A stretch of DNA of 64,000 bases from Rhodobiaceae bacterium (GTDB taxonomy: Bacteria; Pseudomonadota; Alphaproteobacteria; Rhizobiales; TMED25), in NCBI GenBank assembly GCA_018651345.1, contig JABIEF010000055.1, forward strand, positions 2,463 to 66,462, given 5' to 3'. The notes under the pieces are model-generated. The model did not search any database. It was not told the DNA's origin and was given only the letters and a program-made list of their open reading frames with translations. The first letter of the stretch is position 1, and every line of letters begins with the position of its first letter. Shown here in pieces: positions 30,984 to 47,155 of this stretch. The position numbers and the translations under genes are program-made.

Positions 30984-31864
30984 TGACAACATTAACAAAT
31001 AAAAATCAGATAGTTAGGATTCATTTTTTAGAGAATGAAAAAAAAACAGAGTTAATTGAGAATGGAATCTTAAATAAAGATTTAGATATTTTATCAATTG
31101 CTAGATACAAAGAATCTAATAAATGGAATATGGAAATATTAGTCAACAAGGACTTTGAACAAGTAGAGTTGAATAAAGTTTTAATGGACACTATTGGCTA
31201 TATACCAAAAATCAATATTAAAAATATAGAAAATATTGACTGGGTCAGTGAATCTTTGAAAAACCTAAAGCCACTTTCTGTGGATCGATTTTATATCTAC
31301 AATTCATATTATATGAATATAAATAAACCAGAAAAAATTAATATAAAGATAGATGCAAGTAATGCCTTTGGTTCAGGGCACCATTACTCAACGATTGGAT
31401 GTCTAGAATCCATGTCATTTCTTAATAAATTTAAAAAATTTAAAAATATTCTGGATATTGGAACTGGAACTGGAATTTTAATCATTGCCGCAGCAAAATT
31501 ATGGAAATCAAGATGTCTTGCCACCGATATAGATCCTATAGCTAATGACATATCAATAAATAATATAAAAATAAATAATACATCAATCTTTACAAGGGTA
31601 TTGCAAGCAAAACCATTGAATTATCAAATGATCAGATCAAAAGGTCAATTTGATCTGATCATAATAAATATTCTTGCCAATTCAATTAATAAAATAGTTA
31701 ATGATGTAAATATTTTAACCAAGAGAAATAGTTATGTTATATTATCAGGAATAAAAAAATCACAACAAGCTAAAGTTATAACTAAATGGAACAAATTCAA
31801 TTTCATTCCCTTAAAAATATTTTCTTACGGTAATTGGGTAACTCTAATTTTAATAAAAAATTAG
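30983..31864 (+). CDS. prmA: Ribosomal protein L11 methyltransferase
   Basis: 293 aa with IDASNAFGSGHHYST and the SAM motif LDIGTGTGIL. The start overlaps the uvrD stop by 1 nt. Confidence 0.8.
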   Translation: MTTLTNKNQIVRIHFLENEKKTELIENGILNKDLDILSIARYKESNKWNMEILVNKDFEQVELNKVLMDTIGYIPKINIKNIENIDWVSESLKNLKPLSVDRFYIYNSYYMNINKPEKINIKIDASNAFGSGHHYSTIGCLESMSFLNKFKKFKNILDIGTGTGILIIAAAKLWKSRCLATDIDPIANDISINNIKINNTSIFTRVLQAKPLNYQMIRSKGQFDLIIINILANSINKIVNDVNILTKRNSYVILSGIKKSQQAKVITKWNKFNFIPLKIFSYGNWVTLILIKN

Positions 31865-31869
31865 TATAA

Positions 31870-32028
31870 TTATTTCCAAATAGCTGAATGAATATCTTGT
31901 TTCTCAATACCTATATCACTAAGCATTAAATTTGATAGTTTTTTTAGTTCTGTTTCTGCTTTTAAATTTTTTCTATAACCAATATAAGAGTAGAATAATT
32001 CATTAATAAAATTTCTTGAAAATTTCAT
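31870..32028 (-). CDS. DUF1127-type small protein (52 aa), not present in the supplied ORF track
   Basis: Hand translation of the minus strand gives MKFSRNFINELFYSYIGYRKNLKAETELKKLSNLMLSDIGIEKQDIHSAIWK*. The L-x-x-L-S-D-x-x-L-x-DIG-I/L-x-x-x-DI core is the DUF1127 signature. A weak AAGG lies upstream of the ATG. Confidence 0.55.
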   Translation of the reverse strand: MKFSRNFINELFYSYIGYRKNLKAETELKKLSNLMLSDIGIEKQDIHSAIWK

Positions 32029-32242
32029 TTTACGTGCCTTTATAAAAATTGTTAAAATAACTTAGCCTCATTATTGGTAATTAGAATATATCAATTAGAT
32101 GCCTTGTTATTGATATGAATAGTATATTTAAGATAGTATTAGAAGCATAAATATTGTATGATAGACATGCGTTTAATGCATAGGTCACCATAGCTATAAT
32201 TATGTAAAAAAGAAGCGGTTAATTTGAATATGAAAAAAACTA

Positions 32243-37865
<5,623 letters not shown>

Positions 37866-37870
37866 AATAT

Positions 37871-38716
37871 TTATATCGGACTAACCGATCTCCATGCTTT
37901 ACTAATCCAAGAATTAGTATCTTCTTTAGGTAATATTCCGTCGTTTTGTAGTAAATTATAGGAGTCCTTGTACCATTCGCTACCTGGATAATTATAACCT
38001 AAAATAGCGGCTGCGGTTTGAGCTTCAGTAATTATTCCTAAGGCCATGTATGATTCTACAAGCCTTGCTAAGGCTTCTTCTATGTGTATGGTTGTTTGAT
38101 AACTTGTAACAACGATTTTAAATCTATTGATCGCGGCTATAAATAAATTTTGATTAAGATAGAATCTACCAATTTCCATTTCCTCCCCTGCCAAATGATC
38201 ATAAGTCAAATCCATTTTTAGCTTGGAATCATTTACATAATCGGAATCAGGATATTTTTCAATTACACTAGTAAATTGCTCCAAAGCCTTTAAAGAAAAC
38301 TCCTGGTCCCTTCCGATATTAGGTATTTGAAGATAATAAGACATACCAATTAAATACGATGCGTAGGCTGCATTATTTGAATTGGGATACAAAGACAAGT
38401 ATCTATCGCTTTGTATTATTGTCTGATTGTGATCATTCATTTTAAAAAATGAATATGCCGCCATTATAATAGATTTTTCTGCCCATTCTGAATAAGGGTA
38501 CTGTCTTTCAACTTCAAGAAATTCTGTAGCAGCCTCAATATAGTCTTCATTTTCAAGATAAGAAATAGCCGTTTCATAGATATTTTTCATAGGCCTTTCT
38601 TGATAAACATCAACATCAATATTATTAGCACAGCCAGTGAGAGCAGACATGATAATTAAAAAAATAAAATTATTGAAATAACGCATCATTTTAATACTTT
38701 TGTATTTAATAGACAT
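37871..38716 (-). CDS. bamD: Outer membrane protein assembly factor BamD (YfiO), TPR lipoprotein
   Basis: Lipobox LTGC after a hydrophobic signal, followed by TPR-like repeats. The true start may be the MMRYF methionines about 9 codons downstream of the listed start. Confidence 0.8.
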   Translation of the reverse strand: MSIKYKSIKMMRYFNNFIFLIIMSALTGCANNIDVDVYQERPMKNIYETAISYLENEDYIEAATEFLEVERQYPYSEWAEKSIIMAAYSFFKMNDHNQTIIQSDRYLSLYPNSNNAAYASYLIGMSYYLQIPNIGRDQEFSLKALEQFTSVIEKYPDSDYVNDSKLKMDLTYDHLAGEEMEIGRFYLNQNLFIAAINRFKIVVTSYQTTIHIEEALARLVESYMALGIITEAQTAAAILGYNYPGSEWYKDSYNLLQNDGILPKEDTNSWISKAWRSVSPI

Positions 38717-38782
38717 TTTAAAAAAAATAAATTTTAAGATATATTATAATCACAAAAATATATTAATCTAGTTTTAGAAGAT

Positions 38783-39709
38783 TTAAACTTTTGTATTACT
38801 GATTAATTTCTCTGTTTCCATATCAAAAAAATTATCAATACCATCAACTATCTTCCATGAATCTTTTTCCTTAAACAAAGAAGTTAGAGCTTTATGGTTG
38901 AGACAATGCCCTCCTCTGACTGATTGATATTTACCAATAATATTATAACCTGAAAGCATTAAATCACCACATATATCAAGTGCTTTATGTTTTACAAATT
39001 CATCTTTAGAATTTAAACCTTCATAGTTCATGATATTTTTCTCAGTGAGCACTATCGTATTAGAAAGGTTAACGCCAAGACCATATCCTACAGAATTTAA
39101 TTTTTCCGCCTGAGACAAAAAACCAAAGGTACGCGCAGAAGCAATTTGATCTCTAAACACTTTTGGAGTAAATTCAAAAGCTATATTCTGCCTGCCTATT
39201 TCCTTATGTTCAAAGTTAATTTCAGCTTCGATAATCGATTTATCACTAGGCATAAAACGTGCTACCGATTCATCTTTTACTATTTCTATTGGCTTTAAAA
39301 TTTTAATAAATTTTGATTGTTTATCTAAATTTACTATCCCTGTTTTATCAATTAATTCTATAAACTTAATAGAACTTCCGTCCATAATTGGAACCTCAGC
39401 GCCATCTATGCATACTTCAATATTATCAATTCTTGCACCAGCTAAAGCGGCCATTAGGTGTTCAACAGTTAATACAGAAACACCATCTGAGTTACTTAAT
39501 TCAGTACAAAAATAAGTTGAACTAACATTGGGAGCAATTGCCTCTATACGATTTTTTTTTTTACTATTAGATAAATCACTACGGACAAAAACAATACCTG
39601 TATTAGACTCAGAAGGCCTTAATATAACATTAGCTTCTAAACCCGTGTGAATACCCTTGCCTTTAAATCTTATTTCATTGGCAATAGTAGTTTGAAAATT
39701 ATTTAACAT
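38783..39709 (-). CDS. lpxC: UDP-3-O-acyl-N-acetylglucosamine deacetylase
   Basis: 308 aa with GKGIHTG, TVEHLMAAL and HKALDICGDL. It occupies the conserved position downstream of ftsZ. Confidence 0.9.
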   Translation of the reverse strand: MLNNFQTTIANEIRFKGKGIHTGLEANVILRPSESNTGIVFVRSDLSNSKKKNRIEAIAPNVSSTYFCTELSNSDGVSVLTVEHLMAALAGARIDNIEVCIDGAEVPIMDGSSIKFIELIDKTGIVNLDKQSKFIKILKPIEIVKDESVARFMPSDKSIIEAEINFEHKEIGRQNIAFEFTPKVFRDQIASARTFGFLSQAEKLNSVGYGLGVNLSNTIVLTEKNIMNYEGLNSKDEFVKHKALDICGDLMLSGYNIIGKYQSVRGGHCLNHKALTSLFKEKDSWKIVDGIDNFFDMETEKLISNTKV

Positions 39710-39778
39710 TATTCTAACCGTATAAGTTTGAAATTTTATATATGCTTATATAAAACAATAAAAAGATTAATTATAGTA

Positions 39779-41560
39779 TTAATTGACTTGCCTGCGAAGA
39801 AAAGCCGGTATTTCTAAATTTTCATCTTCTTTTTCAAGAACATCCTTATCTAATAGACTGGAATCTGGCTCTTTAAAGTCGATCGTTTCATCTAAAGTTG
39901 CATCATCTTTATTTTCCGATTCAAATCCATGTAAATCATAATTGTATGTATCGTCATTTAATTCATTATCTAATGAATTATTATCTTCAAATAATTCATT
40001 AGGAATCATATCGCTATCTAGAGATTCATTTTCATACTTAACAAAATCAGTTTCGACAAAGTTTGGTTGATTAATATTTTCATGGCTTACTTTCTTTCTT
40101 GAACCAACACTTACAAATCTTTCAAAAAGACTTTTCTTTTCCTTTTTGTTATCATATGTATTTATAAATTCACTCTGCATACCAACTGTAACGTTATCAT
40201 CTTTCATTGAAAAAAATCTATTCACTTTAGGCACATCGTCTTTGCCAACTTCGGGGCTAATAGATGCTTTAGGAATAAAAGGTTCATTTAAATTCATATT
40301 TATATTTTTATCGCTTGAGATGATAGGGCTTGATTTTGAATTATAAAAACTATGATTCGAATCAATTTTTCTAAAGGTAACATCTCCTTGATCATTTTTT
40401 ATTGCAGGCTTAGCAGAATTATCTTTAGAAGAAAGGCTTTGTTCTGTTGAATTTTTTTCAGATATACTATTATGGTTATCTTTATTTAGAGTCTTTCCGA
40501 AATTAAAATTACTAAATGTCGCGCCAACTTTATTCGGCTTTCTGTAGTCGATATTATCAACTGTCGTGTTGAATGAATTAATATTTGCAGAATCTGACTG
40601 TATTCCAGTAGCAACGACAGATACCTTGATGGAACCTTCCAGATTCGCATCAAATGTAGCACCTAAAATAATATTAGCATCTTTATCAACTTCATTTCTA
40701 ATTCTTGATGCAGCTTCATCCACTTCATACAACGTTAAATCTTCACCTCCAGTAATTGATATCAACAATCCTTGAGCTCCTTTCATAGAAACTTCGTCTA
40801 AAAGTGGATTAGAAATAGCTGCTTCGGCTGCCTCAATCGCTCTCTTTTCACCCGATGCTTCTCCCGTTCCCATCATCGCCTTACCCATTCCATGCATTAT
40901 TGATTTTACATCTGCAAAATCTAGATTAATAAGACCTTCCTTAACCATAAGATCTGTAATACCCTGAACTCCCGACAATAGCACTTGGTCTGCCATAGCA
41001 AAAGCATCAGAAAAGGTAGTTCTCTCGTTTGCAATTCTAAATAAGTTTTGATTCGGTATAACTATTAATGTATCAACATGCTTCATTAATTCAGTGATTC
41101 CATCTTCAGCTATTTGCATTCTCCTCGCCCCCTCAAACTGAAAAGGTTTAGTGACAACAGCAACTGTTAATATATTTTGTTCACGACATAACTGGGCAAT
41201 AACTGGGGCTGCTCCTGTACCTGTACCACCACCCATACCAGCTGTAATAAATACCATATGCGCGCCTGAAGCATAATCTAAAATCTCTGCTTGAGCTTCT
41301 TGTGCTGATGCAGCTCCAATTGTAGGCTGAGAGCCAGCTCCTAACCCTTCTGTAATTGCAGTACCCATTTGAATACGACGATCTGCACTAGACATTGCAA
41401 GAGCTTGTGCATCTGTATTAGCAACAACAAATTCTACGCCATCCAGACCCTCTTGAATCATATTATTTACAGCATTTCCTCCTGCACCGCCAACACCAAA
41501 TACTGTTATTCTTGGTTTCAGCTCACTCATTGCATCTGGCATTTTTAAATTAATAGTCAT
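39779..41560 (-). CDS. ftsZ: Cell division GTPase FtsZ with a long disordered C-terminal linker
   Basis: [10 protein letters not shown] tubulin signature and NTDAQAL. The core ends at about aa 320, followed by a linker of about 260 aa rich in N/S/D/K. It ends with the conserved C-terminal peptide [10 protein letters not shown]. Confidence 0.95.
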   Translation of the reverse strand: MTINLKMPDAMSELKPRITVFGVGGAGGNAVNNMIQEGLDGVEFVVANTDAQALAMSSADRRIQMGTAITEGLGAGSQPTIGAASAQEAQAEILDYASGAHMVFITAGMGGGTGTGAAPVIAQLCREQNILTVAVVTKPFQFEGARRMQIAEDGITELMKHVDTLIVIPNQNLFRIANERTTFSDAFAMADQVLLSGVQGITDLMVKEGLINLDFADVKSIMHGMGKAMMGTGEASGEKRAIEAAEAAISNPLLDEVSMKGAQGLLISITGGEDLTLYEVDEAASRIRNEVDKDANIILGATFDANLEGSIKVSVVATGIQSDSANINSFNTTVDNIDYRKPNKVGATFSNFNFGKTLNKDNHNSISEKNSTEQSLSSKDNSAKPAIKNDQGDVTFRKIDSNHSFYNSKSSPIISSDKNINMNLNEPFIPKASISPEVGKDDVPKVNRFFSMKDDNVTVGMQSEFINTYDNKKEKKSLFERFVSVGSRKKVSHENINQPNFVETDFVKYENESLDSDMIPNELFEDNNSLDNELNDDTYNYDLHGFESENKDDATLDETIDFKEPDSSLLDKDVLEKEDENLEIPAFLRRQVN

Positions 41561-41665
41561 AATTATAATTCCTTCTCAAAACTTATCTGGGAAACGCCAC
41601 ATCTCCGTATTTATGATAAATAATTTAATAAAAATAGTTAAACTTAAACTCACGATATGACTACC

Positions 41666-42976
41666 CTAGAAGCTATCTCTTAACCATTTACTAATATCTG
41701 ATAAATATCCACCACTTTTAAAGATTTTTTTTACTTTAGGGGATTTTTTAATAACAATATTATCATTTTGGGCAAATATTAGTAAGCCAACTGCAGTTGA
41801 AAAAATTGGACTATTGATATTTATATCATTGTTAAAGTTTCTAGGGACAGCTCTTCTAACCGGACCTCCAAAAACTTGTGTGGCTAACTCATCTACACCA
41901 GTCAACTGACTCATTCCACCAGTCAATATAATTCTGTTATCCTTGCACAATGACTTACTTATATTATCAAGACGTTCTTTAATTAATTCAAAGATTTCAA
42001 TTACTCTCGGTCTTACAATATCAGCAACGATTGGTTTCGGTACCTTTTGTATAAAATTTTGTTTTTCTCCATCTCCAACAAGGGGAATATTAATCAAATC
42101 TCCAGTTTCATATACATGAGACAAAACACCTCCGTATAACACTTTTAGTTTTTCCGCATCAATTATTGGAGTTGATAATTGTTTTGCTATATCTAACGTT
42201 ACATCATGACCACCGATTGGGATAGCATCCGCATACTTCAACATACCATCAATAAATAAACAAAAAGACGTACAACCTGCACCCATATCAATACAAATTG
42301 TTCCCAGATTTGCTTCATCTAAACTTAATGTAGCCACCGCACTTGCTAGAGGAGACACAACCATCTTTGAAATTTTAGCATGAGCCCTTTCAACAACAAG
42401 ATTAAGATTCCGTAACGGTCCTGTATCTGTTGTAATTATATGCATATGGATATTTAATCTTTGTCCATACATACCGATTGGATCTAAAATACCCTGGATA
42501 CCATCTATAGAAAACCCTAAAGGTATTGTATGTATTTTTGACTTATCATCATCCAGTTCCTGGCTATAAGATGCATGAAGAGCTCTTTGAATATCATTAT
42601 TATTAACCTGTGAATTATGAATAGGCACACCTACTTCATAGACTGCTGATTCAATATTATTTGACGAAACGTTAACAATTAACTCATCAATTGTAACTCC
42701 AGCCATGCCTTCTGCTGCTTCTATAGCAATCCTAATAGAATCTTCTGCGGCATTCAAATCTACAATATTTCCTGTTTTTACACCATTTGATTGATTGTGG
42801 CCTATGCCAATAATCTCTATAGTAGAATTCTTTTCAGACTCATAAAAATTACGATTTTTTGCTATAATACAAACAACTTTATCCGTCCCTATATCTAATG
42901 CAGCACTAATAGCTTTATGATTATAGTTTTTATCCCTAATTTGACCTGACATTCTATTAAATGACATTAAATGCAT
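41666..42976 (-). CDS. ftsA: Cell division protein FtsA (actin-like ATPase)
   Basis: 436 aa with LDIGTDKVV (phosphate 1), IDMGAGCTS (phosphate 2) and LTGGMSQLTG. It sits between ftsQ and ftsZ. Confidence 0.9.
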   Translation of the reverse strand: MHLMSFNRMSGQIRDKNYNHKAISAALDIGTDKVVCIIAKNRNFYESEKNSTIEIIGIGHNQSNGVKTGNIVDLNAAEDSIRIAIEAAEGMAGVTIDELIVNVSSNNIESAVYEVGVPIHNSQVNNNDIQRALHASYSQELDDDKSKIHTIPLGFSIDGIQGILDPIGMYGQRLNIHMHIITTDTGPLRNLNLVVERAHAKISKMVVSPLASAVATLSLDEANLGTICIDMGAGCTSFCLFIDGMLKYADAIPIGGHDVTLDIAKQLSTPIIDAEKLKVLYGGVLSHVYETGDLINIPLVGDGEKQNFIQKVPKPIVADIVRPRVIEIFELIKERLDNISKSLCKDNRIILTGGMSQLTGVDELATQVFGGPVRRAVPRNFNNDININSPIFSTAVGLLIFAQNDNIVIKKSPKVKKIFKSGGYLSDISKWLRDSF

Positions 42977-42988
42977 TTTGATATTACC

Positions 42989-43813
42989 TTATATATTTTT
43001 TGGTGTAGTTAAATTATTATCAAATTTTAATGGAGTAATATCGATTCTTTTAGGTAGTCTCATATCAATAATTTTTATATATTTATTCAATATATCCTCT
43101 TCATCATTTAATTTTAATAGTTTATCCAATGAAGATGAAAAATTATCTTCTGGTAAGTAAATTTCTATCCCATTATATAATCTTAATGTCCATCTCCTAT
43201 TTCCAACTCTTAAAATAGATTTTACTTTATTGCCAATTTTAGGCCTCGCTCTAAGCTGTAAAATAAGCTCAGGAGCAACACGCGCAGCATTATCTCCGGC
43301 AATAATCTTTAAATTAGAGAAATTATCTGCATTTAAGCTATTGATAATCTGTCCATCTTCTCCAATTACATATTTTTCATTCTTATAAAACCATGTAGCT
43401 ATAGGATTATATTCTATTATATTAATATGGAGAGTTGAGGGATATAATTTAATTAGATTAACCGACTTTATCCAATCTAGGTTATTTAAATTTTTAATAG
43501 CTTTTTTTGAATCAAAAGAAAATATTGACTTACTATTATTATTTAATGTGGCTAATATTATATCAGACTGTTGTGTGCTTCTATTTCCATTTGTTGAAAT
43601 ATGACTAATAGGAAAATTTAAATTATCAGACAAGAAAGAAGTAGATAAATTAAATGCTTTAAGTGGTCTATAACCAACTTGATTCAAGAAAAAAATCAAT
43701 CCAAAAAATATAATTAGCAGTATTGTAAAATAAAAAAATATAGATTTAATTTTCTTTGTTCTACTTTTTACTAAATTTCTTGACCCAGAGCTATTTATAT
43801 ATAATTCATTCAT
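42989..43813 (-). CDS. ftsQ: Cell division protein FtsQ
   Basis: 274 aa, bitopic with a single TM segment (IFFYFTILLIIFFGLIFF), followed by POTRA/FtsQ-type domain features. The position is conserved. Confidence 0.8.
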   Translation of the reverse strand: MNELYINSSGSRNLVKSRTKKIKSIFFYFTILLIIFFGLIFFLNQVGYRPLKAFNLSTSFLSDNLNFPISHISTNGNRSTQQSDIILATLNNNSKSIFSFDSKKAIKNLNNLDWIKSVNLIKLYPSTLHINIIEYNPIATWFYKNEKYVIGEDGQIINSLNADNFSNLKIIAGDNAARVAPELILQLRARPKIGNKVKSILRVGNRRWTLRLYNGIEIYLPEDNFSSSLDKLLKLNDEEDILNKYIKIIDMRLPKRIDITPLKFDNNLTTPKNI

Positions 43814-43833
43814 CTAATGTATTCCAATTATCA

Positions 43834-44754
43834 TTATCTATTACAAGACGCGTCATTAAGAATCCAATAAACTAATTCATCAAACGATATTCCTTCGTGT
43901 TTTGCTAACTCTGGGACTAACGACCTCTCTGTCATTCCAGGTTGAGTGTTAATTTCTAGACAAACTAACCCTTCTCTTCCCAACGCATCATCAAATCTAA
44001 AGTCACAGCGCGTCACACCCCTACAATGTAAAGATTCGTGAGCTGCTAATGCTAATTCTTGTGTAGCTTGATAGATATTTCTTTCAATGTTTGCCGGAAT
44101 TATATGTATTGTTGAATCTGATTTATATTTTGATTCGTAATTATAAAAATTACTATTTGGTATAATTTCAGTAACACCAAGAACTCTACTTCCCATAACC
44201 GCGCAAGTTAAGTCTTTCCCTGCTATATATTCTTCAACCAAGTATGTATCAAAATCATTTAATTTATTTTCTTTTACTATCTTTTTTAAATCAACCTCTT
44301 CATCATAAATAATTTCAATACCTATACTTGAGCCACCTGATATAGGCTTGATAACATAAGGGGGTTTCATAATATTTCCTGCAATTAATTCTTTCTTATT
44401 AAGAATAAATCCTTGTGCCACAGGGATGCCGGAAGATTTAAAAATATTCTTTGCAGTATTTTTATTAATTGCATTAGATGATGGAAATACCCCTGAATGA
44501 GTATAAGGGATGTGCAAATACTCAAGAATTGCTTGTATATTTCCATCCTCACCCCACTTACCATGGAGGGCATTAAAGACCACATCTGGTGAAATTTCTT
44601 TTAAGGTAGAGATTAAATTATGATCTGGATCAATCTTAATGACATCATGATTGAATTTAATGAGTGAATTATAGCAAGCGTTGCCAGTTAAAAAGCTTAT
44701 CTCTCTTTCTGGAGATTCTCCTCCTAATAAAATAACAACTTTTTTATTCAACAT
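43834..44754 (-). CDS. ddl: D-alanine--D-alanine ligase
   Basis: The start is set at ATG 44754 (MLNKKVVILLGGESPEREIS, preceded by AAGGT) rather than the listed 44787, which would overlap murB. It has the ATP-grasp fold and ends with EINTQPGMT. Confidence 0.9.
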   Translation of the reverse strand: MLNKKVVILLGGESPEREISFLTGNACYNSLIKFNHDVIKIDPDHNLISTLKEISPDVVFNALHGKWGEDGNIQAILEYLHIPYTHSGVFPSSNAINKNTAKNIFKSSGIPVAQGFILNKKELIAGNIMKPPYVIKPISGGSSIGIEIIYDEEVDLKKIVKENKLNDFDTYLVEEYIAGKDLTCAVMGSRVLGVTEIIPNSNFYNYESKYKSDSTIHIIPANIERNIYQATQELALAAHESLHCRGVTRCDFRFDDALGREGLVCLEINTQPGMTERSLVPELAKHEGISFDELVYWILNDASCNR

Positions 44755-44764
44755 AACATTACCT

Positions 44765-45697
44765 TCAAGTTTCAGTTTTAGAACCAACGCCTATACACTT
44801 TATCTCCCATTCAAGTTTTATACCTGTAACAGATTCAACTTTACTAATAATTAACTTACCTAAAGATTCTATATCGCATGCCGTTGCATTTCCATTGTTA
44901 ATAATAAAATTACAATGCTTTTTGGAAACAGAAGCTCCACCTACGGACAAGCCTCTACATCCAGATAATTCAATTAATTCCCAAGCTTTTTTAGATTCAG
45001 TATTCTTAAATGTTGAGCCACCGGTTTTTTCTCTTAAGGGCTGGGAGCTATTTCTTAAATTTTTCATAGATAACATTTCATCATATATCTTATCGTATTG
45101 AGAGCAGTAACCTTGATACAAAGCTGAAACACATATTGTTTCTTTAGGAATATTAGAACTACGATATTTAAAATCTAACAAACTACTCTTAACTTTATAT
45201 ATAATTCCACTTCTATCAAGTAATGTTACTTCTATTAAGAAATCTTTTGTTTCCTTGTCAAAGGCTCCCGCATTCATTTTTATAGCGCCACCAACAGACC
45301 CAGGAATACTATTATAAAAAGAAAATCCACCTATATTATTCTGAAGCGCAAAACTAGATAATTTTTTATCTAGAACAGAACATCCTGATAATATTTTATT
45401 CCCATCAACCACTTCAATTGTTGCAAAAGCTTTCCCCAAAGAAATTACAATTCCCGGTATTCCATAATCTCTAATTAAAATATTAGACTTATTTCCCAAC
45501 ACACAATAACTAATATCTTTTGGTAATTTTTGTAAAAATATAGCAAGATCATGAACATCCTCAGGGAAAAACATCACTTCAGCCATACCTCCAACACGGA
45601 ACCAAGAAGATGACGCTAATGGATAATTAGGTATTAATCTACCATTAGGTTTGTGTAATTTATCAACTAATAACTCTGCATTAGGCCATAATTTCAT
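44765..45697 (-). CDS. murB: UDP-N-acetylenolpyruvoylglucosamine reductase
   Basis: 310 aa with an FAD-binding domain (FRVGGMAE, LGNKSNILI), GGSTFKN and the NFIINNG context. Confidence 0.9.
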   Translation of the reverse strand: MKLWPNAELLVDKLHKPNGRLIPNYPLASSSWFRVGGMAEVMFFPEDVHDLAIFLQKLPKDISYCVLGNKSNILIRDYGIPGIVISLGKAFATIEVVDGNKILSGCSVLDKKLSSFALQNNIGGFSFYNSIPGSVGGAIKMNAGAFDKETKDFLIEVTLLDRSGIIYKVKSSLLDFKYRSSNIPKETICVSALYQGYCSQYDKIYDEMLSMKNLRNSSQPLREKTGGSTFKNTESKKAWELIELSGCRGLSVGGASVSKKHCNFIINNGNATACDIESLGKLIISKVESVTGIKLEWEIKCIGVGSKTET

Positions 45698-45722
45698 TAA
45701 ATTAAATCTCTTGCTATTTTAA

Positions 45723-47102
45723 TTATATATCTTGAACAATTTCCCTGGCAATTGAGCTTATATCACCGGCTCCAATAAAAATAACAATGTCACCATTTTT
45801 TACAATTGATTTTAACAATATCTTTAAATTTTTATTATCCATAAAATATTTTATACAATCTTTATCAATAAATTTAATGTCATTTGCTATAGTTCTATTA
45901 GTGATATTTTCTAAAATTAACTCACCTGCTGAATAAATAGGTGCGATTAATAAATAATCCGTCTCCTTAAATGACTCACAGAACCCATCGTATAATTCAA
46001 TTATCCTAGAATATCTATGAGGTTGGAATACAGTTACTATCTTATTATGCTTAATCTTTTTAGCTGCCGATAATACTGACTGTATTTCCTTTGGATGATG
46101 TGCGTAATCATCAAAATATATCACCCCATTTTTATCCCCAATTTTTGTAAATCTTCGTTGAATGCCTGGAAAATATCTAAGCTTATTTTTTATTTTTTTG
46201 ATATCTATGCTTAATATTCTTGCGACAACAATGGATGCAATTGCATTGTTAATATTATGATCACCATGCATTGGTATAAAAAATTCTTCGTCCAAATATG
46301 TATCAGGTAAATTACATTTTACAGAAAAAATTGAACCCAAGAGTGAAGTTTTGATAAACGAAACCTGATAATTTGCTTTTTCAGAAAAACCATATGAAAT
46401 TAATCTTTTTACCTTAATATCATTCAATATTGATTGCACCCCTTCATCATCAATACACACGATTAAACAACCATTTTCCGGCGTATTATTGGCATATTTA
46501 ATAAAAGCATCTTTTAGCAATTTCATTGATTTGTAATAATCTAGATGGTCATTGTCAATATTTGTTATGATCGATATCTCGGAAGGTAATATTAAAAAAC
46601 TACCATCTGATTCATCGGCTTCAACAACCATCCAATCTCCATTACCAAATATAAGATTACTGTTATTGATATTCATTATACCGCCACTAACAACGGTTGG
46701 ATCTATGGCATCATCCTGTAATAATTGCCCTATTATAGAAGTCGTAGTCGTCTTCCCGTGCGTACCAGATATGGTAATAGAACGTTTATCCTTCATAAGG
46801 ATAGACAGGAATTCAGCTCGAGAATATAATGGAATTTCACTTGCATTTGCTTCAATAATTTCTGGATTTCTATGATCAATCGCAGATGAGTAAACAACAA
46901 CTTCTGCAGTTTTAATATTATTACCAAGATGACCAATATTTATAGAAATACCTTTTTTCTCAAGTCTAATAAGATTATTATTTTTTCTAATATCACTTCC
47001 TTGCACCACATAGCCTAATTCGTAAGCTAATTCCGCAATAGCACTCATGCCGATACCACCAATACCAATAAAATGAATTATTTTGAAACTACTAAAAAAC
47101 AA
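45723..47102 (-). CDS. murC: UDP-N-acetylmuramate--L-alanine ligase
   Basis: 459 aa with IHFIGIGGIGMSAIAE and GTHGKTTTTS. It starts at TTG. Confidence 0.9.
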   Translation of the reverse strand: MFFSSFKIIHFIGIGGIGMSAIAELAYELGYVVQGSDIRKNNNLIRLEKKGISINIGHLGNNIKTAEVVVYSSAIDHRNPEIIEANASEIPLYSRAEFLSILMKDKRSITISGTHGKTTTTSIIGQLLQDDAIDPTVVSGGIMNINNSNLIFGNGDWMVVEADESDGSFLILPSEISIITNIDNDHLDYYKSMKLLKDAFIKYANNTPENGCLIVCIDDEGVQSILNDIKVKRLISYGFSEKANYQVSFIKTSLLGSIFSVKCNLPDTYLDEEFFIPMHGDHNINNAIASIVVARILSIDIKKIKNKLRYFPGIQRRFTKIGDKNGVIYFDDYAHHPKEIQSVLSAAKKIKHNKIVTVFQPHRYSRIIELYDGFCESFKETDYLLIAPIYSAGELILENITNRTIANDIKFIDKDCIKYFMDNKNLKILLKSIVKNGDIVIFIGAGDISSIAREIVQDI

Positions 47103-47155
47103 TAATTATCCCCTTAACATATAGTCTTCTAACATAAAATTTTAAGAATGCTACT

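Noticed and set aside
41561-41665. TTAA-containing motifs upstream of ftsZ as possible CtrA boxes (TTAA-N7-TTAA)
   Set aside because: The spacings found are N9 or otherwise off-consensus. TTAA is extremely frequent at this base composition, so there is no support beyond chance.
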